Shown here one piece after another: positions 8,182 to 16,425 of a DNA stretch of 64,000 nucleotides. Position numbers and translations under genes: made by a program. The notes under the pieces were generated by a model, which worked only from the letters and a program-made list of their open reading frames with translations, was not told where the DNA came from and made no database searches. Within the stretch, counting starts at the first letter, position 1. Every line of letters begins with the position of its first letter. Location of the stretch: NCBI GenBank assembly GCA_030613785.1, contig JAUWLF010000009.1, positions 5,624 to 69,623 of the forward strand. The letters run 5' to 3'. This DNA is from Chloroflexota bacterium (GTDB taxonomy: Bacteria; Chloroflexota; Anaerolineae; UBA7937; B3-Chlor).

Positions 8182-8721
8182 TTAGCCGACGCTTCGCTTT
8201 CTCCGCGCAGCAACCCTAGATTGCACGACAAGAACGACTATCAAGAGAGCAATTGTGACCACAATAGCAGGCCAGGTGCGATGGTAGCCCGCGTCGAGTG
8301 GCGGGCGGGGTTGCGGCAACCACAAATCGGGAAGCTGATGGGCACCCATAACAAAGAAACTGTCAACCAGAAAGTAGATCACGTTTGTGGCCGCAAATGC
8401 CCAGGGCAACAGCGCCCTATTCGTAGTTCGTGCAGTTCCAGCGACGAATATGCTTGCACTGGCTACAACAAACACTACACCGGGCAGGATGGAACCAGGC
8501 GGCACTTCAAAGAAATCATTCACAGTCCGTGCCCAAGTTCCCAGAGGGGGTCGTTCCGGCGGACCAATGCAATCCCACGGCACCAACCAAGCCTCCGTCA
8601 TAACTGCGATCATCACGAACAGGAAACACCAGGTGCCGACCAGTAAGAGTGTACCGCTGCCAAAGACCACCGCCTTCTTCAGGTTCCATCCGACTCTTCT
8701 GTCAACAGTTTGTGTGTCCAT
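8182..8721 (-). CDS. Hypothetical membrane protein (about 4 TM)
   Basis: 179 aa with hydrophobic segments. SD GAGGAG precedes the ATG. Confidence 0.5.
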   Translation of the reverse strand: MDTQTVDRRVGWNLKKAVVFGSGTLLLVGTWCFLFVMIAVMTEAWLVPWDCIGPPERPPLGTWARTVNDFFEVPPGSILPGVVFVVASASIFVAGTARTTNRALLPWAFAATNVIYFLVDSFFVMGAHQLPDLWLPQPRPPLDAGYHRTWPAIVVTIALLIVVLVVQSRVAARRKRSVG

Positions 8722-8920
8722 TGCTCCTCGTTACCACTGCACGAAACGGCGGCCGACTGCTCGACATCCGAAGCCCGCATCTGTAGCACATCGCCAATCT
8801 TTCCCCAGAGTCTCTTCGTCACCGTCAGGCCAAGCGCTCTCTCCTCTCACCCTGCCGCAGAGGATCTGGGCATCAGCCGCCAACGGCGCGCTAGATAAGG
8901 TGTCACGGACTTGCTTGAAT

Positions 8921-9640
8921 TCATTTCCCAGGCCAGCGCCAGTAGGCCGGTTCCTCCCCTGGGGGGTAGACATCCACAATCTGCCAGTGGCGCACAGGAT
9001 ATCCTTGCATCTCTCCCCAGTAGCAGCCGCCAGCCACCAGAAGGTCGAATACGTATTGGCCCGGTTCATCACCTCCGGAGACTTCTACCCAGAGCCGGGC
9101 AAAACCGGCGTCTCGGCTATCGGTGATGACGCGAGGCTCGCAGCACGTGCCCCACCACTCGATTCTTAGCACCCGACGGGTCAGCTCCGCCCGCAGCTCC
9201 TCCAGTTCTGTGGTTACAGACTGGCGGCGCACTTCATACTCCGGCCCGAGGCGCTCGTTCGCGGGCCACAGTGTCAGGGCTTCCTCGCGAGCCCCTGACG
9301 AGACGAACTCTAGATACGACGATACTTTCGCTTGGGGTGCTTCCCCGATGAGCCTCTCGACCAGACGGTTGGCGGGTCCCAGCATGGCAGCACTGCTAGT
9401 CACGGGAAGGAACCCGAACGCTACAAGTACTATGCCGACGAGCCCGACGTGGACCACTAAGCATAGGACGATGCCCCTCCCACTTCCCAGCCATCTGGAC
9501 AGCAACAACAAGGACAATGCTCCAATGGGCAAGGCATAAGCAGGCGAGAGGCCAGTGGGCAACATCGGCGAAAGCAGTACAGCCACTAGCAGCGAAGCTA
9601 GCAGAAAGGCAAGATACACCAGTAGAATTCGAATCCTCAT
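8921..9640 (-). CDS. Hypothetical protein, 3 N-terminal TM helices plus a soluble C-terminal domain
   Basis: 239 aa. SD GAGGTGAGGG. No family recognised. Confidence 0.5.
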   Translation of the reverse strand: MRIRILLVYLAFLLASLLVAVLLSPMLPTGLSPAYALPIGALSLLLLSRWLGSGRGIVLCLVVHVGLVGIVLVAFGFLPVTSSAAMLGPANRLVERLIGEAPQAKVSSYLEFVSSGAREEALTLWPANERLGPEYEVRRQSVTTELEELRAELTRRVLRIEWWGTCCEPRVITDSRDAGFARLWVEVSGGDEPGQYVFDLLVAGGCYWGEMQGYPVRHWQIVDVYPPGEEPAYWRWPGK

Positions 9641-9795
9641 CCCTCACCTCGCCACCGCTTTCACGCAGTCGCCGACGCAGAGATGGCACTCTGGAGCTTT
9701 CAGCACAAGCGAAGCGGCCTGCAGCGTACCGAGGGCCATGCCCCGAAGTGGCGCCTGCACCGCGCTATGTGCGGTTGCCATCGTCGGTCTCTCCC

Positions 9796-10848
9796 TCAAC
9801 CCGCTCTGTGCTCTTGGGCGCCAGCCGCGGGGCCTTGGCGTTCAATCCAATAATACATCACCGTGGCCAGAGCTACCGCTATCGTATACTGGGCGCCAGC
9901 CAGGAGATGTGGGAGCCACCAGCCAATCCAGTATCGGCTTGGCGTGCCCCGGCACGCGAGGAGTCCGATGGCCGCGCCCATGACCACAGCGATGATGGGC
10001 GGCAGTATCAGCCCCCAAACCCGCTGGCGCGCGGAGCGGGAACGCAACACCCAGATGGCTGGGACGATGAGCAAGAGCAGAACCATGACACTGGCCAGCG
10101 CGATCACGGGTGCCTGGTGGGCCGTACACACCCAGATGCCGTAGACCGGTCGCCCGTCTGCCACCATTAACACAACCAGCCCGTCCACCATGACGTATTG
10201 GAAGGCACCGACCATCAGCCCTGCCAAGGTACCGCTGCGCCAAGCGAGCGGCAAGCCTATCGCTACCGCCGACAGGACCACGCCCGTCCCCCTCAGTTCG
10301 TACCATAGTCGAGCCAAGACAGCTACCCAGTCATATGGGCCTGGGGCGGCCACGCTGGTGGTGATGACCTGAGCCACGCCAAAAAGGATGGCCAGGCCAA
10401 GCAACACCCATCCCGACCGCGGAACGTGAATGCCGTGCCGCCGGTAAACCCGGTACGTGATTGGAGCAGCAATCGCAGCAAGGAAAGCAAACTCCAGCAC
10501 GGGGGGTGCGTTGTGCCAGAACGCGCTCGGAGCGTCTAGAACTCGGAAGAGCATATTGGCCAGAGGTACCCACCACCAGGCACTAAGGAGAGCTAGTAGA
10601 ATACCGAAGGCGGGATAACTCCAGATGGGGAGGCGGCGCTGGGGAACAAGCCCTGCGATGACCAGGAGCAGACATACGCCGATCAAGCCACGTACGGCGA
10701 GAATGTCAGCTGTGGCGACGCCCAGAGCCGACGAGAGGAGACCGCTGCTGGCCGCGAGGGCAAACAGTCCAGGGAGAATAGCCAGTACAACTTTCGCCCA
10801 GGCCGTGGGAGAGAACGAACGCTCTTGCATCTCCTGACTCCTCTGCAA
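9796..10848 (-). CDS. Polytopic integral membrane protein (about 10 TM)
   Basis: 350 aa, almost entirely hydrophobic. SD GAGGAGTCAGGAG. Confidence 0.55.
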   Translation of the reverse strand: MQRSQEMQERSFSPTAWAKVVLAILPGLFALAASSGLLSSALGVATADILAVRGLIGVCLLLVIAGLVPQRRLPIWSYPAFGILLALLSAWWWVPLANMLFRVLDAPSAFWHNAPPVLEFAFLAAIAAPITYRVYRRHGIHVPRSGWVLLGLAILFGVAQVITTSVAAPGPYDWVAVLARLWYELRGTGVVLSAVAIGLPLAWRSGTLAGLMVGAFQYVMVDGLVVLMVADGRPVYGIWVCTAHQAPVIALASVMVLLLLIVPAIWVLRSRSARQRVWGLILPPIIAVVMGAAIGLLACRGTPSRYWIGWWLPHLLAGAQYTIAVALATVMYYWIERQGPAAGAQEHRAG

Positions 10849-10988
10849 TATCCGTTCTTAGCTCCGATGAGGCGTCTGCACACCAAGGCGCCACATGCGA
10901 AGTCTTCCCCACTGAAGGCGAGGCTTCTCGCCGATCGCTCGCAAGGCCTCCTGTCAGCTTCGGGTGGTGCGACGTGCTGTCAAAGAGA

Positions 10989-11019
10989 AAGGCCCGCGCG
11001 GCGATGCAAGGCGAGCCTC
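10989..11019 (-). promoter_or_regulatory. Leader hairpin, copy C
   Basis: GAGGCUCGCC...CGCGGGCCUU gives 9 pairs including wobbles. The loop starts UUGCA and UUCUCUUUG follows. It lies 140 nt upstream of the ATG at 10848. Confidence 0.55.
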
Positions 11020-11058
11020 ATCGAAGAAGCGTGTGCTCCCCCTGCACCCTGCCCACAT

Positions 11059-11087
11059 ACTATAGCACAAGTGCGGCAATCCGACAA
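11059..11087 (-). promoter_or_regulatory. sigma70-type promoter TTGTCG-17-TATAGT
   Basis: Minus strand reads TTGTCGGATTGCCGCACTTGTGCTATAGT. Confidence 0.65.
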
Positions 11088-11130
11088 TACGGAATCGGGC
11101 TCTTCTGTCACCCCCACCGACTTCGCCGCT

Positions 11131-12072
11131 CTAGAACGCGGGTGGCTCCTGAAACAGCAGCCGGACGTCCAGCGGGAGGCCCTTCCTCTCGTCGCGCACC
11201 AGCGACAGCGCCTCATCTGGGCACTGCTGCACACATACCCCGCAACCCATACACGTCTCCCAGTGCACGACGGCCGTCTCGTCTACCTCGATGGCTCCGA
11301 AGGGACAGGCATCCTCACAGGTCCCACAGGCTACGCAAAGTGTCTCGTCCACCTCCGCGACGTAACCGGAGGACGCGATGCCAGGAACGCCATACTTGAC
11401 CATGCCTTCAATGCCCGCACAGCAGCAGCCACAGCAGTTGCAGATTGCGTAGAAGCGGTCGATGCAGGCATCCTTGAAATAGGCAGCATGCACGTGCCCG
11501 CGCTCATGCTCTGCCCGAAGGAGTTCGAGGGCCTCCGCTTGGGTGAGTCGGCGACTGGTCTGGGGATGGTGCTCCAAAATGAAATCCGTGAAAGGTTGGC
11601 CGATGGCCATGCATACCTGGCTGGGCTGGCAGACACTATCCCGCAAGTCCCGGCAAGCACACTCGAATGCCACCACATCCGGCGGGCTATTGAGCACCAA
11701 TTCGCGAGCCATGGCATAAGGGATGATCTGCTCCAGGTCTCTCAAGGGGATTTCTTGCTGAATGGTGATGATGGCCTCCGCTTGATCCTGCGTCAACACC
11801 TTGCTGTGGTGGTGGTCGGCCAACCACTGCTTTCCCCGGGGACCCAGGCGGGGGATGATGTGATTGATGAATAGATCAACATATTCCTTGGTCCAGCGCC
11901 CATAGATGTAGCCATGCACACCGCTCAGATTGAGGAATCGCCGCAAGCCGGCCTCTCTCATCATCCTCCACGTCGAGGGGCGCAAGGGCCTCCACCGCTC
12001 ACCATAAAGCCACACAATCACTACCGTTGCCACCAGCGCGGCCGCCGTGATGAGTATGATGCTGCCTAGCAT
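11131..12072 (-). CDS. Membrane-anchored Fe-S protein (CNCCGCCC cysteine cluster plus a 2x[4Fe-4S] ferredoxin domain)
   Basis: The start was moved to the ATG at 12072 (MLGSIILITAAALVATVV, SD GAAGGAGGG), because the ORF-track start lies inside leader hairpin D. Motifs are CVACGTCEDACP and CMGCGVCVQQCP. It is a paralog of 56139..57224. Confidence 0.7.
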   Translation of the reverse strand: MLGSIILITAAALVATVVIVWLYGERWRPLRPSTWRMMREAGLRRFLNLSGVHGYIYGRWTKEYVDLFINHIIPRLGPRGKQWLADHHHSKVLTQDQAEAIITIQQEIPLRDLEQIIPYAMARELVLNSPPDVVAFECACRDLRDSVCQPSQVCMAIGQPFTDFILEHHPQTSRRLTQAEALELLRAEHERGHVHAAYFKDACIDRFYAICNCCGCCCAGIEGMVKYGVPGIASSGYVAEVDETLCVACGTCEDACPFGAIEVDETAVVHWETCMGCGVCVQQCPDEALSLVRDERKGLPLDVRLLFQEPPAF

Positions 12073-12126
12073 GCTGTCTGCCCTCCTTCTTTCAGCTCCG
12101 TACAGTGCTCCGAACTGCCAAGCAAG

Positions 12127-12157
12127 AAGCCTCGACCTGCCATGCAAGGCGAGGCTT
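12127..12157 (-). promoter_or_regulatory. Leader hairpin, copy D (compensated stem AAGCCUCG / CGAGGCUU)
   Basis: The stem position that is G-C in copies A, B and G is C-G here, changed on both arms. The loop contains UUGCA. Confidence 0.6.
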
Positions 12158-12210
12158 GTCGACCAAGAAGAGACGAAGCAGCGGCTGCTCCCTCTCCGCC
12201 CTCCCTGCTC

Positions 12211-12239
12211 ACTATGGCATAAGTCAGGTGGATTATCAA
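12211..12239 (-). promoter_or_regulatory. sigma70-type promoter TTGATA-17-CATAGT
   Basis: Minus strand reads TTGATAATCCACCTGACTTATGCCATAGT. The spacer is nearly identical to that of promoter B. Confidence 0.6.
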
Positions 12240-12359
12240 CGCCAAGTCAGGGAGTCTGAGAGCTTGGCCATCGGCTTTGCCAGCGGTCGCGGCCTCCTGA
12301 CACCAGAAGATTCACCACTGTGGTTCTTCTGGCCGTTTGTCCACCGTCGTCAACGCCGA

Positions 12360-13340
12360 CTAGAGTCTACCGTGGTCCCTGAACCACTGAATCGCATCTC
12401 GAACAGATTCTCTTGGTGGACGAGGGGAGTAGCCCAGTTCGCGGCGAGCCTTCTTGCAAGTGGTCAGGCAATCGCTGGTAAGGACGTGAATCGAGTACGC
12501 TGTGAACAAAGGTTTGGTTCCTCTCACCCGATAGTACAGAGGGGTAAACCTGGCGATTGTCCTGGCGAGCGCGGGAGGTACTTTCAACGAGGGTGCTCTG
12601 GCCCCAGTCACCTCTTCTAGCATGGACAACAGATCGTGCACGGTGATTCGTTCACCCGACAAGATGTAGCTCTCTCCCCTGCGTCCCTTTTCAGCGGCGA
12701 GAACGAGGCCCCTAGCCACATCACGCACATCGACGAAATCGTAGGCTCCCTCGATGTAGGCTTTGAGCTTCCGCGTAGCCACGTTGATCATCAATTGACC
12801 CATCTCAGATGGCGCGTAGTCATAAGGGCCTATCACACCTGTGGGGCATGCCACCACAGCATTGAGGCCCCTCTCCACCCCTTCAAGCACTTCCAGAGTG
12901 GCCAGGGCTTTGGATCTGGCATAGTCACCTATCGCGCTATCAGGGTCAAAGGGAAGCGTTTCGTCGATGACAGTGCCAGGGGGCGGCTCTATTATGGCAT
13001 GAATAGAGCTCGTATACACCAGCCGTGGCACACCAACTTCCAGGCATGCTCGTATCACATTCCGTGTGCCTTCCACGTTCACTTCGCGCAGCAGATCAGC
13101 CTTGCCTGGCGAGATGGACACAATCCCCGCCAGGTGGTATACCACATCGCTCCCCCTGAAGGCCTGCATGAGAGAATTGACGTCGCGCACGTCGCCTTCG
13201 ACTCTCTCTAGCCTCAACCCATCGATGGGTGTCGTATCCTCGAAGGGGGGCACCAATGCACGCACCTTTTCGCCACTTGACAGCAAATCGCGAACGAGGA
13301 CGTTGCCGATGTGTCCCGTTCCACCTGTGACCACAATCAT
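12360..13340 (-). CDS. NAD-dependent epimerase/dehydratase (extended SDR, dihydroflavonol-reductase-like)
   Basis: 326 aa with MIVVTGGTGHIGNVLV (Rossmann fold) and YARSK (YxxxK). Confidence 0.75.
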   Translation of the reverse strand: MIVVTGGTGHIGNVLVRDLLSSGEKVRALVPPFEDTTPIDGLRLERVEGDVRDVNSLMQAFRGSDVVYHLAGIVSISPGKADLLREVNVEGTRNVIRACLEVGVPRLVYTSSIHAIIEPPPGTVIDETLPFDPDSAIGDYARSKALATLEVLEGVERGLNAVVACPTGVIGPYDYAPSEMGQLMINVATRKLKAYIEGAYDFVDVRDVARGLVLAAEKGRRGESYILSGERITVHDLLSMLEEVTGARAPSLKVPPALARTIARFTPLYYRVRGTKPLFTAYSIHVLTSDCLTTCKKARRELGYSPRPPRESVRDAIQWFRDHGRL

Positions 13341-13457
13341 GATCGGGTATCCCTAGCAATATGATCTCGCTTGGTACAGGAACATAGCCTGCCCCAATGG
13401 TGAAGTTTGACGCACCACGGGCTATGTGCCTAGTCCACGGTAGGCCCGCAAGCAGAG

Positions 13458-13487
13458 AAGCCCGCCCCACGATGCAACGCGAGTCTT
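13458..13487 (-). promoter_or_regulatory. Leader hairpin, copy E (degenerate, one bulge)
   Basis: AAGACUCGCG-UUGCAUCGUGG-GGCGGGCUU, then CUCUGCUUG. It lies 118 nt upstream of the epimerase ATG. No clear promoter of its own was found. Confidence 0.4.
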
Positions 13488-13646
13488 GGCGTCTAATCGT
13501 CATCGATATGTCTGTTCCTCAGGCGGCCCCACTTACAGGCATCTCAGGCCTCCCGTGCCCTCGGGCAAGGCCAAGAGACCCACGCTCATCAAACCCCTAT
13601 TCCAGACAACCCTTCACCTTCACACCGCCGACGCACGCGACCCTGG

Positions 13647-14417
13647 TCACATCAATTCAGCCAGGGTCTTGCCGCCAAGATAGTCAGGGAAACTGTAAAC
13701 GCCACCGACTTGGATATAGCATCGATCTGGGTGCTTCTCCCAACCTCTGGCCAAGCCGATGCGCAGGTAGACGTCGCGCTCTCCCAGAAAGCCCGTCAGC
13801 CACTCACTGACCTTCGCGACAGTCCACTCCTTGCGAGTCTTCAAGTAGTCACAGGCGGTCCTGAAGGTGAGGTCGGTGATCGCCAGTCGGTACTCTTGGT
13901 CGGCTTGATCGGTGAACCATATCCGATAGTCCCACCTCTCACCTTCACTCCTGTACGAGTACAGCACCCGAGAGATCTGCTTCGGGAGTACGGTCCCCAG
14001 AGATCTGCCACCTTCCCCCCTCTTGATGTATTTGTCGTACTGTACCGGTGCTCCAAAGATGTCTGCCACCGAGCCATCGAGATGATCGTCCAAGAACTGC
14101 CGTCTCTCGTGAGTGGGCAGAACCCTGACCAACTCAGGCCGGGATGGAAGATCGATCTCCCAATCCTCCGTATGGGGCGGGTCAGACACACGACGAAGGA
14201 ACTCCAATCGCACCTCGGCAAACGGCATGACGACCAGCCGGTCGTCTTTCCAGAGGAATCCCTCAGTGACCCTCTCGCGGCTGCGATAAGGCATGACTGG
14301 CCTGACCGCTGCTCCATCGTCCGCGAAGAACCCAGCCACACATACTCCGGGGGCTCCCATTCTAGTGACATCGGTAACGATCATGCTCCTCTTCATCGCC
14401 TTCACCTCCTTGATCAC
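13647..14417 (-). CDS. Uncharacterised protein, possibly a dual OB-fold type, third gene of the DUF488 operon
   Basis: 256 aa. MIVTDVTRMGAPGVCVAGFFADDGAAVRPV and a later RSLGTV...YRLAITDL...LRIGLARGW...CYIQVGGVYSFP pattern. The family assignment is from memory only. Confidence 0.45.
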   Translation of the reverse strand: MIKEVKAMKRSMIVTDVTRMGAPGVCVAGFFADDGAAVRPVMPYRSRERVTEGFLWKDDRLVVMPFAEVRLEFLRRVSDPPHTEDWEIDLPSRPELVRVLPTHERRQFLDDHLDGSVADIFGAPVQYDKYIKRGEGGRSLGTVLPKQISRVLYSYRSEGERWDYRIWFTDQADQEYRLAITDLTFRTACDYLKTRKEWTVAKVSEWLTGFLGERDVYLRIGLARGWEKHPDRCYIQVGGVYSFPDYLGGKTLAELM

Positions 14418-14474
14418 TCAACACGTCTTCATGTCTCAACCGTAGGATCACCCTAGCCCCGGACGCCTAGCCTC

Positions 14475-14921
14475 TCACAGATGCACTACCTCAACATCCG
14501 GCCATGATTTCTGCAAGTACTCAGCCACAAGCCTCCGGTGGCAGTGGTCGGGAGTAGGCTCGCTGCACAGCAGGCAACAACTCTTCTCCGCAAAGAAATC
14601 CCTGTGGAGCGTCTCCAGAACCTTCCGCTCCTCCAGCAAGTCGTGGAACTCCTTCACGTACAGCTCCCAGTCCATCTCTGATTCCTGATATGCCTTCCTG
14701 ATCTCGGGGGTTGGAGCCAGGGACTCGAAATGGTAGTATTCGATGCGCAGCAGGCGGCGGAGGAAGTACTCCAGATCCTGCTTCTTGCTGAACCCAGCAA
14801 GCTGTGAAGTGTTGCGCAAACGCACATCCAGTACGCGCTCAATGCCGTGACTCTCGAGCAAGTCGAAGAACTCCTCAGCGGACTTCTTGGTGTAGCCTAT
14901 CGTGTAGATCTTCATGGCCAT
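14475..14921 (-). CDS. DUF488-family protein (copy 2)
   Basis: MKIYTIGYT, VLDVR and CSEPTPDHCHRRLVAEYL are DUF488 hallmarks. An alternative ATG at 14915 overlaps the upstream stop as ATGA. Confidence 0.8.
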   Translation of the reverse strand: MAMKIYTIGYTKKSAEEFFDLLESHGIERVLDVRLRNTSQLAGFSKKQDLEYFLRRLLRIEYYHFESLAPTPEIRKAYQESEMDWELYVKEFHDLLEERKVLETLHRDFFAEKSCCLLCSEPTPDHCHRRLVAEYLQKSWPDVEVVHL

Positions 14922-15433
14922 TCATCCCCAAAACCCAACTGCTGGGCGTCCCAGGCCAGGCTTCTTTGTGCCGGCTCTGTCCACGTCTCGCCGGCCTTAT
15001 GTCGGATGTGCACCACTTCCACGTCTCTGTCCAGCAGGGTCTGAGAGATGAGCAAGTGACGATGGCATTGGCTGGGGTCCTCCTCGGCACACATGATCGC
15101 TGTCCACTTCTCGGTCGCAAGTTGGATAAGCCCGTCGATGCCTTTCTTGTACCAGTCCCTTTTCTCCACCTCCTCATAGAGCACTCTGTCTTCATCTTGC
15201 TCATCGTAACAGCTTGGGTCCTTCGGCCTCCCCCCCAGATGATGCCCCCCGTAGATGTACTGGATTCCGGCCTGCTCGAGTTGCTCGGCAAGTGTCTCCC
15301 TATTGAACTGGGGTGCATGCCGGCTATAGGGGGAGCTGCGCACATCCAGCACCGCGTCGATGCCATGAGATTGCAACAACTCGATCACTCGCTCCACTTC
15401 AACGTTACTGTGCCCAATGGTGTAGATAGTCAT
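14912..15433 (-). CDS. DUF488-family protein (copy 1)
   Basis: MTIYTIGHSN, VLDVRSSP and CAEEDPSQCHRHLLISQTL. Confidence 0.8.
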   Translation of the reverse strand: MTIYTIGHSNVEVERVIELLQSHGIDAVLDVRSSPYSRHAPQFNRETLAEQLEQAGIQYIYGGHHLGGRPKDPSCYDEQDEDRVLYEEVEKRDWYKKGIDGLIQLATEKWTAIMCAEEDPSQCHRHLLISQTLLDRDVEVVHIRHKAGETWTEPAQRSLAWDAQQLGFGDEWP

Positions 15434-15558
15434 TGCCCGCTCTCTACCCTACGGTGATAACCCTCTGCCGCAACGCAACCCGTTGGCGGTAACACCGCCA
15501 CTTGCACGACCGACAGCCGGAGCCTTTGTCCGGCACGCACTCAGGCCCGTACATTGCG

Positions 15559-15681
15559 TCAAAGCCGTCTGTCGGCCGCCGAGAACTCCTCCAGTCTGAT
15601 CCCTGAGGTGAATCGCTCAATCTTCTCGAGTGCGTCGAGGATATTTTGAAGGTAGTCTCTGAAGTCTCGGTCTTGCGTCAT
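15559..15681 (-). pseudogene. hepT: Truncated HepT (DUF86) toxin remnant, 40 codons
   Basis: Hand translation gives MTQDRDFRDYLQNILDALEKIERFTSGIRLEEFSAADRRL*. This is a typical DUF86 N-terminus, but the R(x)4HxY region is absent. Its ATG overlaps the mntA stop as ATGA. Confidence 0.6.
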
Positions 15682-15980
15682 ACCGGCACGAGTTCCTCAA
15701 GGATGTGAGTGCCGATGCGCGGCTTCAGTGTGCTCCTCATTACCAGGTCTATCTGGACACCGAGGAGTTCGCTGAGGTACTCCTCAAGCCGGATGAACTC
15801 GAAGAGGCTAGGTGGTTCGTGGAACTCCACAAGTACGTCTAAATCGCCACCTTCCCCTTGCTCGCCACGCACATAGGAACCGAATACACCCAAGGACTTG
15901 ACTCCGTTGCGTGTTTGCAGCTCAGGCAAGTACCTGCGAAGAGATCCTACGAACTGTGCCAGCTCCTCGTTCGTCGCCAT
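15678..15980 (-). CDS. mntA: MntA-type nucleotidyltransferase (type VII antitoxin family)
   Basis: MATNEELAQFV...LGVFGSYVRGEQGEGGDLDVLVEF, with the GSxxRG...DxD motif. The start at 15980 has SD GAGGA; an alternative ATG lies at 16034. The ORF-track start at 16145 is inside the promoter. Confidence 0.75.
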   Translation of the reverse strand: MATNEELAQFVGSLRRYLPELQTRNGVKSLGVFGSYVRGEQGEGGDLDVLVEFHEPPSLFEFIRLEEYLSELLGVQIDLVMRSTLKPRIGTHILEELVPV

Positions 15981-16116
15981 GGCCACGTCCTCGGTGGTCT
16001 TGCCGCCCTCCGACAGGTCCTTCGAATGAGCCATAGTACATCTGCCAGGGTTGTCAGCCGCTCGCAATGAAGCGAACGCTATCCGCATGGACCAGAACAG
16101 TCCGTGCCCCAATCGC

Positions 16117-16145
16117 AGTATAGCAGGAACGAAGTGTGGTGTCAA
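16117..16145 (-). promoter_or_regulatory. sigma70-type promoter TTGACA-17-TATACT
   Basis: Minus strand reads TTGACACCACACTTCGTTCCTGCTATACT. Confidence 0.75.
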
Positions 16146-16425
16146 TGGTGCGCTAGCTGGGGGAGACTTCGACTAACCGAGGCCGCGGCGAGAAATCGCA
16201 TCCCGACATGGCCCAACGGCAACGGCTCCCGGGACGACAAGGTGGCTCGAACGTCGTCAGACACAAGCCCAGCTACATGAATTGAGGACAAGCTGCCTGC
16301 GATCCTGAGATCAGAGTAGTCACCCTATTGGCGACCTATCCGGACCTTGAACTGCTGGTCCTCCCTCTCCGTGACCGCAATCCACAATCCCCTCAACTAG
16401 GGGATCTCCAGGTCACGTGCGGGCC

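Noticed and set aside
16378-16410. Possible terminator after mttB (ATCCCC-7 nt-GGGGAT)
   Set aside because: The stem is only 6 bp and there is no U-run, which is too weak to call.
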